DNA of 62,402 nt from positions 104,136,357-104,198,758 of the forward strand of contig NC_068982.1 of NCBI RefSeq assembly GCF_001194135.2. Direction: 5' to 3'. A program made the translations under genes and the position numbers. Each line of letters begins with the position of its first letter. Within the stretch, counting starts at the first letter, position 1. Positions 50,671-62,402 of this stretch are shown in pieces. Under the pieces are notes generated by a model. The model was not told the origin of the DNA. It did no database searches and saw nothing but the letters and a program-made list of their open reading frames with translations. This stretch comes from Octopus bimaculoides. Lineage: Eukaryota.

Positions 50671-53051
50671 TTCGTTTATTTTCTTAAAGGTCGTTACAAC
50701 TCTGTGGTTAAGGATGGAATAAATACGGAGCATCTTTGTTTCCATTAATTCATTTTTGGTATCTTTTCCCAGTTGTATATTTTTGTATTTCTGTGTTCTT
50801 CTTTGTCAATGAAATGCTAAAAATAACACCAAAGTGTAGGCATAAAACAAAGAGAAACTGAAGATGATCTAACAACGCTTTGGACCTTTCTCGCCTGAAG
50901 ACAGGCATGCATACAACTATTGTTGAATCATATTAATACAACAATGTGTATAATATACGTAACATTCAGTAATTGTCAGCTGATCATGATTCGCTGAAAC
51001 AATTGTAGTATTTGTATAAAGCCTCTTCATTCCATCTTATCATATTAAAATTTTTATTTATGTATGCATGCATGCAGAATAAATCAAGATAAACACGAGT
51101 TTATATTTTTTTGTTTCTACGTACGTTTCACTATTGTGATTGTTTGGAACTCTACATTGGATGTTCCAAGTGTATTTGGATGCTTAACTACAACGGATCA
51201 CCGAGTAACACTTTATTACAGTATGCTACAAAGCCTAAAGTATGTATGTATGTATGTATGTATGTATGTATGCATGCATGTGTGTGTGTGTGTGTGCGCG
51301 CGCGCGCGCGCGCGCGCGTGTGTGTGTGCTTGCCGCTATGCAAAAGTGTACCCTATGTTGCGTGTAGAAAACTTCATTTTATGAAATTATATTTGTGTCA
51401 TTAGAGAACATTTTCCAAATTTACTTCGTTAACAACGAGAAAAAAATTTGAAGGAAAGTTTGCCTCGGGCAAAAAAATGTGTTTTACTTCTGCATTCTTT
51501 AAAAACACTTTTTAAATTGTATTTTCATCAAATATTCATACTATCACTGCTGCCCTCAACGTTCTATCGCTTCATTCAGTGTTGTTTTAGTCTCATCACC
51601 ATCAAAGTTTGTATTTGGCAGCATTCCACCTACTGCTCAAAATAGTACCTAGCATAACAGAAAATTAAATATTCACACATCTTCTTTGGAAATATAAACG
51701 AAACTAACTTTCATTTGGTAGCTTTTCTTACTCTCGCGCTCACTTTTTATCTGTCTATCTGTTCATTTATCATCTATTTCGTTCTGCTGTTTTTCTTCGT
51801 TTTTTTTTTTACGTTATATCTCTATCTTCCTCTTTCTTTCTGCTATGAGTCTTCTGTTCCCTTCTCTCTCTTCAATATCCAAAAAGCCAGTACTTATAAG
51901 TATACCATAGGTTTGCCTGCTTTATCCGAGCAGATATGGCATAAATAACAACCACTATAACGATAAGCGTCGTGAACATTTGTATTAAGTATATCTTACA
52001 GCAATAATTGTTTCAAGTCTGAGAAATTTTTCGCGTACATCATAATAAATTACCCTTGAATTTATTTAAATTCATGCCTTTAGCCTATTTGAGTTATTTT
52101 TCTGAGCTCATATTTTAATCTTTTTCAATTATCCAAATTTTCGCCAGCTAAAAATTTAGTATAATTACTTTTTAAAGGTAAAGATTTGTCAATTTGTTAA
52201 AGCAAGCTTGAGGATACTATACGCTGATGATGTCCAATAAGACTGAAACATATCCATGGTTTTCCCTTGCTATAGATAGATAATATTTACGCCTAATATT
52301 TTTAATGTTAAGTGATTCACAATTTGCAAATAAAAGGACTAAAAATTCGTAAGGTAGTATTGAAGTTTCTCTATAAACCAACAATGTAGCAACACATTTA
52401 AATTGTGGAAAGCTTAAATCGAGCCTAATTTTGTGAGTTCAGCTGAAAATAAAAGACTGGAGATATTTAGCTCTATGCCCAGTGCGGAGTACGGTGAGGG
52501 GTTCTTTTGACATAGGTATTCAAGTGATCTCCACTTAACTTGTCTTGAAGAGACGGGAAAATATGACCTGACAACAAGCTGCAATAAATATATGAGATCT
52601 TCACTTCAGTGATTTTTACTATGAAATTAGATGTCTCCATTAAATCTCGTAATCATCTGTATATCAAGTTAGTACACCTTCTATATGACATTTTACTTAA
52701 CTAGCACTGGCTGCCAAGTCACAGCGTCTAGTTTGAAAGGTTGAAGGTTCTTTTTTTCCCTTTAGAACCGTTACACATAGGTATTCTTCTAGATAGTTGT
52801 TTTATGATGGTCTTGTTACTTAGCCAGGTTTAGCCTTGATCGAATAATCATGACCAAAAACAGAGTGTTGTATTTAGAGTGTGTGCCTCCAGCCCTCGCG
52901 TTTGCCATCCCGACCGGGGTTTCCAAGCCTGTACGGGCTTATATGATAAACTCCCTTAAACTCTCACCCGGATTAGACCATCCCCTCGCTCCCACCTAGT
53001 TGCGCTACTGCATAGGCATTCAAGTCGTAGTTTAAAAATTTTTTCAACAAA

Positions 53052-53224
53052 AGGCGCTGGCTATGTGGTAAGTGGCTTGCTTACCAACCACATGGTTCCG
53101 AGATCAGTCCCACTGCGTGGCACCTTGGGTAAGTGTCTTCTACTATAGCCACGGGTCGACCAAAGCCTTGTGAGTGGATTTGGTAGACGGAAACTGAAAG
53201 AAGCCCGTCGTATATATGTATATG

Positions 53225-53257
<33 letters not shown>

Positions 53258-53451
53258 TTGTCCCCCTAACATAGTTTGACAAGCGATGCTGGTGTGTTTG
53301 CGTCTCCGTAACTTAGAGGTTCGGCGAAAGAGACCGATAGAATAACTACTAGGCTTACAAAGAATAAGTCCTGGGGTCGATTTGCTCGACTAAAGGCGGT
53401 GCTCCAGCATGGCCGCAGTCAAATGACTGAAACAAGTAAAAGAGTAAAAGA
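53052..53451 (+). mobile_element. tRNA-derived SINE (family 1), full length
   Basis: Head TGGCTATGTGGTAAG..., GGCACCTTGGGTAAGT core, (TG)n centre, tail GACTGAAACAAGTAAAAGAGTAAAAGAG. Confidence 0.9.
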
Positions 53452-53879
53452 GCAAAAGTGTATCTAGGACTATGTTATCTAATGTGTCCATTTTTTTATA
53501 AGATAGCAGAATGTGATTTGAGAGATAACTGGCAGCTATTTTTAGCAGATGGTCAACGTGTATGAGTCCTTTCATTAGTTCGAGAGAGCTGTGAGTGTTT
53601 GAGAAAAGTATTTAGCTTCCAACTACAACACTTATCTTCAATTCTCTTGTCTCGCCCCCATACACTTCTTCTTTGGGATAATCGAGAATACTACCACCAC
53701 CACCACCACCACTACCATGACATCATCATTCACATCACCGTCTTTATCATCATCATCATCGTTGTCGTCATCATCCTCGTTGTCGTCATCATCCTCGTTG
53801 TCGACATCATAGTCATCACCATTTTCCCAAAAGAGACCGTTTCAACAGGAACTTGAAACTGAATCATAAACTATAATCG

Positions 53880-54345
53880 GCGGAATTTGAACTCAGAACA
53901 TTTCGCCCGGCGTGCTAACGTTTCTTATTTCTTTATTGCCCAGAAGGGGCTAAACATAGAGGGGACAAAGAAGGACAGACAAAGTGATTAGGTTGATTAT
54001 ATCGACCCCATACGTAACTGGTACTTAATTTATCGACCTCGAAAGGATGAAAGGCAAAGTCAACCTCGGCAGAATTTGAACTCAAAACGTAACGGCAGAC
54101 GAAATACCTATTTCTTTACTGCCCACAAGGGGCTACACACAGAGGGGACAAACAAGAACAGACAAACGGATTAAGTCGATTATATCGACCCCAGTGCGTA
54201 ACTGGTACTTAATTTATCGACCCCGAAAGGATGAAAGGCAAAGTCGACCTCGGCGGAATTTGAACTCAGAACGCAGTGGCAGACGAAATACCGCTAAGCA
54301 GTTCGCCCGGTGTGCTAACATTTCTGCCAGCTCGCCGCCTTTGAG
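53880..54345 (-). mobile_element. Head-to-tail multimer of SINE family 2 (two bodies plus a third partial head)
   Basis: Three B-boxes (GAGTTCAAATT) on the minus strand separated by the same body. Confidence 0.85.
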
Positions 54346-54462
54346 TATTTTAACATTGTCTTAACTATAATTTTCCGTATGGATGACGTCTCTGAATTAT
54401 TTAATTTCTAAATAATTTTATTTTCCTACATCAATAAATCTATAATTTTTAAAAATATTATC

Positions 54463-55540
54463 ATTGTTGTTGCTATCACTTTCCGATTGAATTGCATTTT
54501 ATTTCATCTTCTGACCGAGTCTCAACCAAAGACCTAAGGCACGTATATATTAGATGGAGAGAAACTTCCTGAGAATGTGGGCGGTTGATGTCAACAATTT
54601 TTTGAGTTTCATAGATTGTTGGTTTCCCAGGGATCTAATCAAAAAATTTGTCAGTACCCGTCTTGATAATTCCTAGGGCACCTACATCATCAGGGATTGT
54701 TTTGGCTTTTAATTGCCACGTCCTAGACATCTCAGTCTCAAGGTCCTTATATTTCGACAGTTTTTCAAATTCTTTTGCTGAGATGTTTCTATCAGTAGAC
54801 ACTGTCATATCAATTAACAGGCATGTTTTTTTTTTTTGGTTTTAGGTTTTTGATCACGATGTCTGGTCTGTTATCATTTATTTGCCTGTTTGTGTGTATT
54901 CCATAATCCCATAGGATGGTAACATTCGATTCTTCAGTGACTGGCTCTGGATGGTATTCATACCAGTTCTTAAGGTGCGGGATACCATAGAGACGGCATA
55001 TTCTCCAGTGTAAGTACTAGCCAACTCGATCATGCCTGGTTTTATATTCTGTAGGGGCAAGGACTGAGCAATCGGCAACAATGTATGTGGTCAATACTCA
55101 CATGTTTGTCATTGCAGAGTCTACCTCATTGTGTGTGACATTAGCTTGATAATTCCGGATGAGGAGACTCTGGTCTTGTACTGCTAAGATGAATTCTTCT
55201 GTTTCGGCTTTCAAACCAACACTCTGCAGCCATTGATGGGTTCTTCTTATATCTACATCAGCTTCCCCAGCTCGTTTGGGGTACTGCACATGCAATGGTT
55301 TTTCTTCGCACAGTCTTGATATTTCCTTCATGATTTCCTGTTTGGCTTTTGTTTTAAACATTTTTGCTGCTTAAATGGGTGGTGTGTCCTCCTTATCATC
55401 ATCATAATCAAGGAGGTTAAGCTCTCGTCTGTATTTATATGCATCTTTCGAGATTGAGTGCAGTTTTTTACTCTGCTCGTGTTACTTTACCAGCTGTATC
55501 ATCGAGCGGCAAGTCTGATAGTAAAAGAGACTCCTATAAC
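54463..55540 (-). mobile_element. R4/Dong-type retrotransposon 3' fragment
   Basis: HQWLQSVGLKAETEEFILAVQDQSL; LLIDMTVSTDRNISAKEFEKLSKYKDLE; AHILRKFLSI*. Confidence 0.85.
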
Positions 55541-55557
55541 TATCTGCTGGGACCCTC

Positions 55558-55617
<60 letters not shown>

Positions 55618-55618
<1 letters not shown>

Positions 55619-56646
55619 GGCTATAAGTACTTGGGGATTTTGGAAATGGATAAATTGATGGAGAAAGAAATGACAGAAAAAATTTAGGTGGAGTACTTGC
55701 GCAGACTAAGACTGATCCTTAAGTCGAAATTAAACAACGGAATAAGATTGAAGCTAGCAACACCTGGGTGGTTTCACTCCTTAGATATGGAGCAGGGGTA
55801 ATCGCATGGACAGTAGACGAACTAAACAGCTTAGACAGAAAGACAAGGAAGTTGCTAACCAGATATGGGTCACTCCACCCAAAAAGTCACACAGACAGAC
55901 TGTATGTACCAAGAAAAAGAAGGGGAAGAGGACTTATTGGATGCGAGCTCAGCATTAGAGCAGAAGAAAACAACATAGCATGGTATGTAAAAAGTGCTAC
56001 AGAACCGCTATTATTGGAAGTAAGAAGGTCAGGCTTGTATAGGATGAAAGATTGCAAAGATAAACCACTATACAAGAAATTAATAACGAATGAAACTGAA
56101 AATAAGTGGGTAAAGAAAAGAATGCATGGTCAATTTCATAGGGATGCTGAAGAAAAGTCAGACAGAGAAAAAAGATGGCTGTGGATGACTAAAAGTGATT
56201 ATAACCGGAAATGGAGGTTCTAATCTGTGCTATCCAAGACCAAGCACTAAGAACAAACTACATAAAATACAGAATAGACAACACAGCAGAAAGTGATAAG
56301 TGCAGAATCTGTGGACAAAATGGTGAAACCGTATGGCATATTACCAGCCAATGTACGCCACTAGCCCAGAAGGAATATAAGAGACGCCACGACAATATAG
56401 CCAGGCTTGTCCATTAGACACTTTGCAACAAGTATGGACTTGACAGAGCAAAAAATTGGTATGACCGCAAACCTGAAGACATCGTCGAAAATAGAGATGC
56501 AAAGATCCTATGGGATTTTATGATTCAGTGCGACCATGAGATAGAGAATAGGAAGCCAGACAAAGCTATAAAAGCTAATAAACCGGATATTATTATAAAA
56601 GATCAGACAAAAAAGGTGTGTTTATTAATTGACATGAGTATTCCTT
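55618..56646 (+). mobile_element. R4/Dong-type retrotransposon fragment starting directly after (AAT)n
   Basis: GYKYLGILE; DRLYVPRKRRGRGL; CRICGQNGETVWHITSQC; KPDIIIKD..LLIDMSIP up to the gap. Confidence 0.88.
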
Positions 56647-57753
56647 NNNNNNNNNNNNNNNNNNNNNNNNNNNNNNNNNNNNNNNNNNNNNNNNNNNNNN
56701 NNNNNNNNNNNNNNNNNNNNNNNNNNNNNNNNNNNNNNNNNNNNNNNNNNNNNNNNNNNNNNNNNNNNNNNNNNNNNNNNNNNNNNNNNNNNNNNNNNNN
56801 NNNNNNNNNNNNNNNNNNNNNNNNNNNNNNNNNNNNNNNNNNCATACATTCATGAATTTATTTAATTATTAATTTTTTTAAATACATATTTACCTGTGAA
56901 TTTGCGTGTGTAAACTGGGAATGCATACAATGAGCTTCTCTGCCCTAGGTGTACGGAAAACACTCGGCGAGAAATGGAAGAAAATTTGTGGTGGTTATGA
57001 TGATGATGATGATGACCGCGAGAACGACGATGAGGATGATGATGATAACGATGACGGCAACGATGATGACGACGATGACGATATTGATGACGGTGACAGT
57101 AGTAGCACTGGTGCTGGTGGCAGTGGTGGTGGTGGTGATGGTGCCGCTGCTGCTGCTGCTGCTGCTGCTGCTGAAAGTGATGACTGATATGCCTGACTGA
57201 CTAAGAACGATAAGCAAAAATAAATAATTCAATAAAACAAAAAGCGAAAGAATAAGGGTCTCAAGTTTCAGATAGAGATGACTCCAGGAAATATGACGAT
57301 TGAGAAAAATATTACTTTCTATCCTGCTCCCTTTGCACAAGCTTCTTCGTATTGCACAAGCTTCTTCGTAAATCTTTCGTAATCCTTCAATTGTCCCCGC
57401 AACGAATTTACCACCACCTCCCTACAGCAGCTTTGAGTCGTCATAGGACGACTCACACATAACGCTCGCGCACACACATACATATATACATATACAAACA
57501 TACATTATATACAGTGACGCCTTTAAACTATCTTTTTTAACTTCCGTTACATATATCAATATTTGTAAGTTTCATACATAATGACATTGTTAACGAAACA
57601 TGAAATTAATTAATATAGAATACAACTACGTATATTATAACTAATGAATTATTTCTCGTAATATAAGAGAAGTGAGTTAAAAGTTGTTTAGTATGAGTCA
57701 CGGCGCCTTTTCTTTTATGTGCTCGCTCCCCAGGACCTGGCAATGCCTCTGGT

Positions 57754-58415
57754 GGATCTATTTTAAAACGGGGGCACCAGTTTTCATTTATGTTTTATGT
57801 AGTGTTTTTGGTACGGAAAGACTTTCAAACTTCGTATACTTATCTATTTTGTGTTATAGAACAGAAAAATATTTTTGTATTCGAATTTATTTCATGTTAA
57901 AAATTGTCTTATTTCGATAATTTCTACTAATCACTGACGTCAATTCAGTTGAAAACAGTTAGCGCTGTAACGGTGTATATCGTATTAATCCCCTAGCCCT
58001 AACACTAACCCTAACTAGACTGTTAACCGTAACTNNNNNNNNNNNNNNNNNNNNNNNNNNNNNNNNNNNNNNNNNNNNNNNNNNNNNNNNNNNNNNNNNN
58101 NNNNNNNNNTTTATTATATAAACAATATATGCGTATAAATTACGATTAAACCGGATGAAATATGTCACAGGGAATAACATTTTTATGACCGCCCAGCAGT
58201 AAACTCTATTCAGCTGAATAGACGTCAGTGATTGGTTGAAATTACAGAAATACGACAACTTTTACATGGAATAACTTGCGAATTCCTTTTTTTGTTAAGA
58301 AGACTAAGAGTAAAAGATGTTTTATATGACACATTCTACCAGTGTCCCAAGTTTCAAAGTGTTTCGTTAGTGTTTCGTTAAGAAAATACTGGCGCCCCCG
58401 TTTTAAAATAGATCC
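57754..58415. mobile_element. Non-autonomous DNA transposon with 28-bp TIRs and 8-bp TSD (Merlin-like or hAT)
   Basis: TIR GGATCTATTTTAAAACGGGGGC(A/G)CCAGT at 57754-57781 and 58388-58415; TSD CCTCTGGT at 57746-57753 and 58416-58423. Confidence 0.88.
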
Positions 58416-59084
58416 CCTCTGGTTATATATTCGATCTAAAAATTCTATTAAATTTGACTAAAAATTCTTCGAGGCGGTGCCCCCCGCCATGGCCGCAGTC
58501 TAATGACTGAAACAAGTAAGAAATAAGATGTGTGTGTGTGTGTATAATACTATGTATGTATGTATGTATGTATATGACAGGTCGCTGGTATTTATACAGT
58601 GTTAAACATTTTCGATATGCAAATTAAGGGCCCCTTCATAGAGTAACTGCTGCATTTATTGAGTATATAAACAATTTGGCTGCTTATTTCTTTGGAGACA
58701 GTCTGCGGAGAAATGGCTAAAATTTCCTGTTTATAATCATACCATATGTTACATATATATATATAATGAGAGAGAAAGAAAGATACATACTAGCAGGGAT
58801 ACCCAGCGTTGCCCAGGAATCAAATTGTTCCTTATATATTGGAAGAAAAAAGCAAGATATGTTGTATAGAAATTTGTTATTCTAAATTCAATTTATTCTT
58901 CAATTGGGAAATCAATTCATAATCAAAATAATAATAACAATAATTAAAAACGAAAAATTTGCTCATATGCATAGCGTTGTTCTGAAAGAGGTTCATGTTC
59001 ATTCAGAAATGCAGCCAAGTCTGTGATGTCATAATTTGTCTCTCTTGCCATGTCTCTTAAAGTTATATCACTATTGATAGCATA

Positions 59085-59600
59085 CTTTCCTATTAGTTTC
59101 ACACACATGACCATTTACACTCCTCGAATCTTGGAATGATTTAGGACCACATACTTCATGAAAAAGGAGCCGTAAGTAGTAGCATCCTGTTTGGCTTGGG
59201 AAGGACACCGTAAACTCTTGCAAGAGCGTCATCCCGTTTCCTTTTGTACCATTTATTGTTTCTCCAGGTGTAATACTTGGGTAACTGTGGGTAAAGGAGT
59301 TTTCTTGCATCTTCATCTACTTGATACAACTTTAAAAATGAAGTAAGGGTTGTTTCTTTTGGAGATAGTGCTTGTTGCAAGGATGTTTGTTTTGTAAAGA
59401 TAACCCTGTGGCCATTCTATAGATGGCACTCAGATGAATGAAAGGCTGAATGGGAAAATTAAAGATGCGCCAAAAAGCCTCAGTGGTACTTCTTCTGTCA
59501 TACTGTGCATCTAATCTTTATTTGCAAACATACTTAATAGAGTTAACAGAGTTTCAGAATTCAACATTAACTTTGGCTACCTGTACTCGTCTTTGCTTCA
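59085..59600 (-). mobile_element. Helitron Rep/helicase coding fragment
   Basis: AKVNVEF..SVNSIKYVCK; TEAFWRIFNFPI; TTLTSFLKL..ARKLLYPQLPKYYTW; CYYLRLLFHEVCGPKSFQD.RSVNG. Confidence 0.82.
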
Positions 59601-59811
59601 CTGTTAAATACTGATCATGTACTTCTATCCCGACTCCTCTTGTAGAGAGTGAGAACATTGTCCTCGGAAACTTTTTCGAAAATTAAAATGGAGATTAAAT
59701 GAAAAAATGAGTTACGTAAATATCTTCACAAGAGTGATTGAAATCAATAACGATTGTGGAACGCCCCACGCACGCACGCACATACATACACACACACACA
59801 CGCACACACAC

Positions 59812-59850
<39 letters not shown>

Positions 59851-59889
59851 ACATACATACATACATACATACATACATACATACATACG

Positions 59890-60973
59890 AAATTAAATTT
59901 ATAAAAGTTCTGTAGCTTTCATGCAACACCAACCCTATCTTGCAGCCCATGGACCAACAGGTAATTTAAAAGTACAAATCTAACCCTTCGTGAATTTTGG
60001 AAGGAGCACTACAACATTGTAAACTGCCTAAAAATCATCGATATAGCCTGGCAGGGTGTAACGAGAAGAACGCTGAATTCTGCATAGAGGAAACTTTGGC
60101 CTGACTGCGTATCCAAAAGAAACTTCGAGAGATTTCAATCGGAGACACTTATAGTCGAGGAGATAGTGTCTCTTGGCAAGTCGATGGGCCTCGAGATTGA
60201 TGATGGGGACATTAACGATCTCGTCAACGAACACTGAGAGGAGCTGACGACAGATGAACTCTTGCGGCTTCAGGAGCAGTAGCATTTGGATGCGGTGGAA
60301 GAGAATGGTTCTCCGGAGGAGGATAGTGTAGCGGAGAAAGCTATCTCTACGAGGGACATAAAGTCAGTGTTGGCAAAGTGGTAGTATGTTTCTGAATTAG
60401 TAGAAAAATATCATCCAGAAAAATTAGCTACAGGTCGTGCAGCTGCTTTATTTAATGACACTGCTCTGGTGCATTTTCGTAACATTTTGAAAGGCAGGAA
60501 AAAAACAGACTTCTCTTGATATGTTTCTAATGAAACATATCATGTGTAAAAAGTGAAGAAAGTTCGTCCAAAAAGCCTAAATTAAACGAAGTGAGAGAGA
60601 AAATGCTAGAAATTGTCTTTCCATGAAGTCTTAATGGAAAGAGATTTTCCTTCCAAACAGTAATCCTCTTCCTCCCCGCTCTGTCGTCTTTTTCTCGCAG
60701 AAATCGTCCCATCTTTAAGCTCATTCAGTTAATAAAACCAGTTTACATATTTCTTTTGCATTCTCCTTTTTATGATTATGATTTTACTTGTAACTACACC
60801 TTTTCTGTTTTAAAACTCATTAAAAAATACTTTGGGGTGGTTTTTGCGGGGGTTGGAACGGATTAATTATATTTTAGTTAATTTCAATGGGGAAAATTGA
60901 TTTGTAAAACGAGTAAATCGTAAAACGAACTCAGTCATGGAACGAATTAAACTCATACTGTGAAGTATCCCTG
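59890..60973 (+). mobile_element. Tigger/pogo element, 3' part
   Basis: PILQPMDQQVI; LTLREFWKEHYNIVNCLKIIDIAWQGVTRRTLNSA; EEIVSLGKSMGLEID..EELTTDEL; HFRNILKGRKKQTSLDMFL; ends ...CCCTG followed by TA. Confidence 0.88.
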
Positions 60974-61299
60974 TATGTATGTATGTACGTATATATATAT
61001 AAATCAGCTGCAGACGATATATTGTAGTAACGCTAAGTGGAGAAGCTATTTATTGCTTGAAAAGTTCCTCCTACTAATTCTAATCCTAACATTTGATAAG
61101 GAATGAAATTGAATAAAAATAAAACAAAAAATAGTAAAAATTAATAGAAACAACAAATTATGCCAGACGACTGCTGATGTTGCAAAAATAGAAACACACA
61201 AATATCCATCACATCAAAGGTCTCTTCTCATAATAAATCCTCTGTTGCTATTGTTATTATGACGTACTTTCGTACTTAAACGTTTTGACGAGAACTGGA

Positions 61300-61630
61300 G
61301 TTAATACGTAATGATGGTGGTGCTGGTGGTGCTGGTGCGTAGTGGTGGGTGCGTAGGGTGCGAGAGCGTAGGGGTGTACTGTGGTGGTCCGTGGAGGAGG
61401 GAACAGCTAGTAATGCTGGTAGTGTTGTTGATGGTGCTAGTACTTGTGCTGATGATGAGGGTATTTGTGTTGGTGGCGCTGGCGCTGGCGCCGGTGTTGC
61501 TGAAGGCGGTTGTTGCGATGGCAACGGTGGTGTTGAGGTTATTGAAGGAAGTAGTGGAATTGTGACGCCAGTAGTATCGGAGGTAGTGCTTTTGTTAGCG
61601 GTAGTGGTGTGAATGGCGTTTTAGGCAATG

Positions 61631-61686
<56 letters not shown>

Positions 61687-62060
61687 TGTGGTGGTGGTGG
61701 TGATGTAGTGAATGCTGGCAGATGTGGTACTTGTAATAGAGATAGTATTTGTGGTTGTTGTTGTTGTTGTTGTTGCTGTTGTTGTTGTCGTGGTGGTGGT
61801 GGTGGTGGTGGTGGTGGTGGTATTAATGCTTTTGCTTGAGGTAAAGATGATGTTTTAGGTGATAGTAGTCGTGGTAGGAGTAATGGTTATACTCGTGGTA
61901 GTGGTAGTTGTGATGATGCAGGCAGTTGTGGTGATAGTGTTTGTGATTGTTTTAGAGGTAGTAATGGTAGTGATTGCGCTGGTGCTAGTAGTCGTTGTGG
62001 AGGTACTGATAGTCGTGGTAATATCAGAGGATGGAGGTAGTACTTGGGTGCTGGTGATGT
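61300..62060. repeat. GGT/AGT/GTT trinucleotide low-complexity tract
   Basis: Mixed trinucleotide runs; stops scattered in all frames. Confidence 0.85.
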
Positions 62061-62142
62061 AAAGACAACGCTTTGTTTCTATGTATTAATTTTCTTCCTT
62101 TTGTACTTTAAGAATATAAAACTAATATCGAGGTGAACAATA

Positions 62143-62168
62143 TCTATATATATAAAAATGAGAATGTG

Positions 62169-62243
<75 letters not shown>

Positions 62244-62402
62244 CCATAAAACTCGAGAACTACACAACCAATTTCATTCAAATTTTACACATGTCTTACT
62301 TAGGGTTCCGGTTGTGTTTTAGTCAAAAAAAATTTTTAACTTCTTGCAGAGTTCGAGCCCACGGCAACATAATATCTCCTCCACTATTTAAGTATTACGT
62401 GT
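62143..62402 (+). mobile_element. 5' end of a non-autonomous Helitron-like element (runs off the window)
   Basis: A|TCTATATATATAAAAATGAG followed by (TGTC)n/(TG)n; typical 5'-TC Helitron start at an AT site. Confidence 0.6.

Noticed and set aside
52224-52256. CTGATGA-TGTC-CAATAA-GACT-GAAA hammerhead-like core
   Set aside because: Stem III and stem I do not pair; at most a heavily decayed remnant.
52880-53000. Minus-strand VGARGW motif resembling an RLE domain
   Set aside because: A single short motif with no other support.
57985-58034. CCCTAA-like repeats suggesting an interstitial telomere
   Set aside because: Short, degenerate and internal to a TIR element.

Overview
AT-rich eukaryotic draft-assembly window with about a dozen N-gaps, dominated by microsatellites and decayed transposable elements. 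The repeat landscape suggests a cephalopod, probably Octopus; this is inference from recognising the SINE families, not a database result. I cannot support any host protein-coding gene, rRNA, true tRNA or CRISPR array, and most ORFs in the supplied track are microsatellite or N-gap artefacts. Supported DNA elements: a full-length mariner with TIRs and TA TSD, two Tigger/pogo remnants, two piggyBac-type MITEs, an 8-bp-TSD MITE, and Helitron/HINE pieces. Supported retroelements: two Ty3/gypsy remnants, seven R4/Dong-type RLE non-LTR fragments mostly tied to (AAT)n tracts, a HERO-like RLE fragment, an RTE fragment, a Penelope (RT+GIY-YIG) element, and two tRNA-derived SINE families. The most interesting signal is RNA-level: several hammerhead ribozyme (HHR) motifs read directly from the sequence. 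One is a minimal type I HHR with a palindromic stem III, present twice 391 nt apart. A second sits behind a GIY-YIG-like remnant, flanked by inverted repeats. A third has lost stem II and lies downstream of a tRNA-like Pol III box in the Penelope 3' region. Degenerate copies occur in foldback elements. An unclassified ~490-bp promoter-like repeat occurs three times. Boundaries of decayed elements are approximate.
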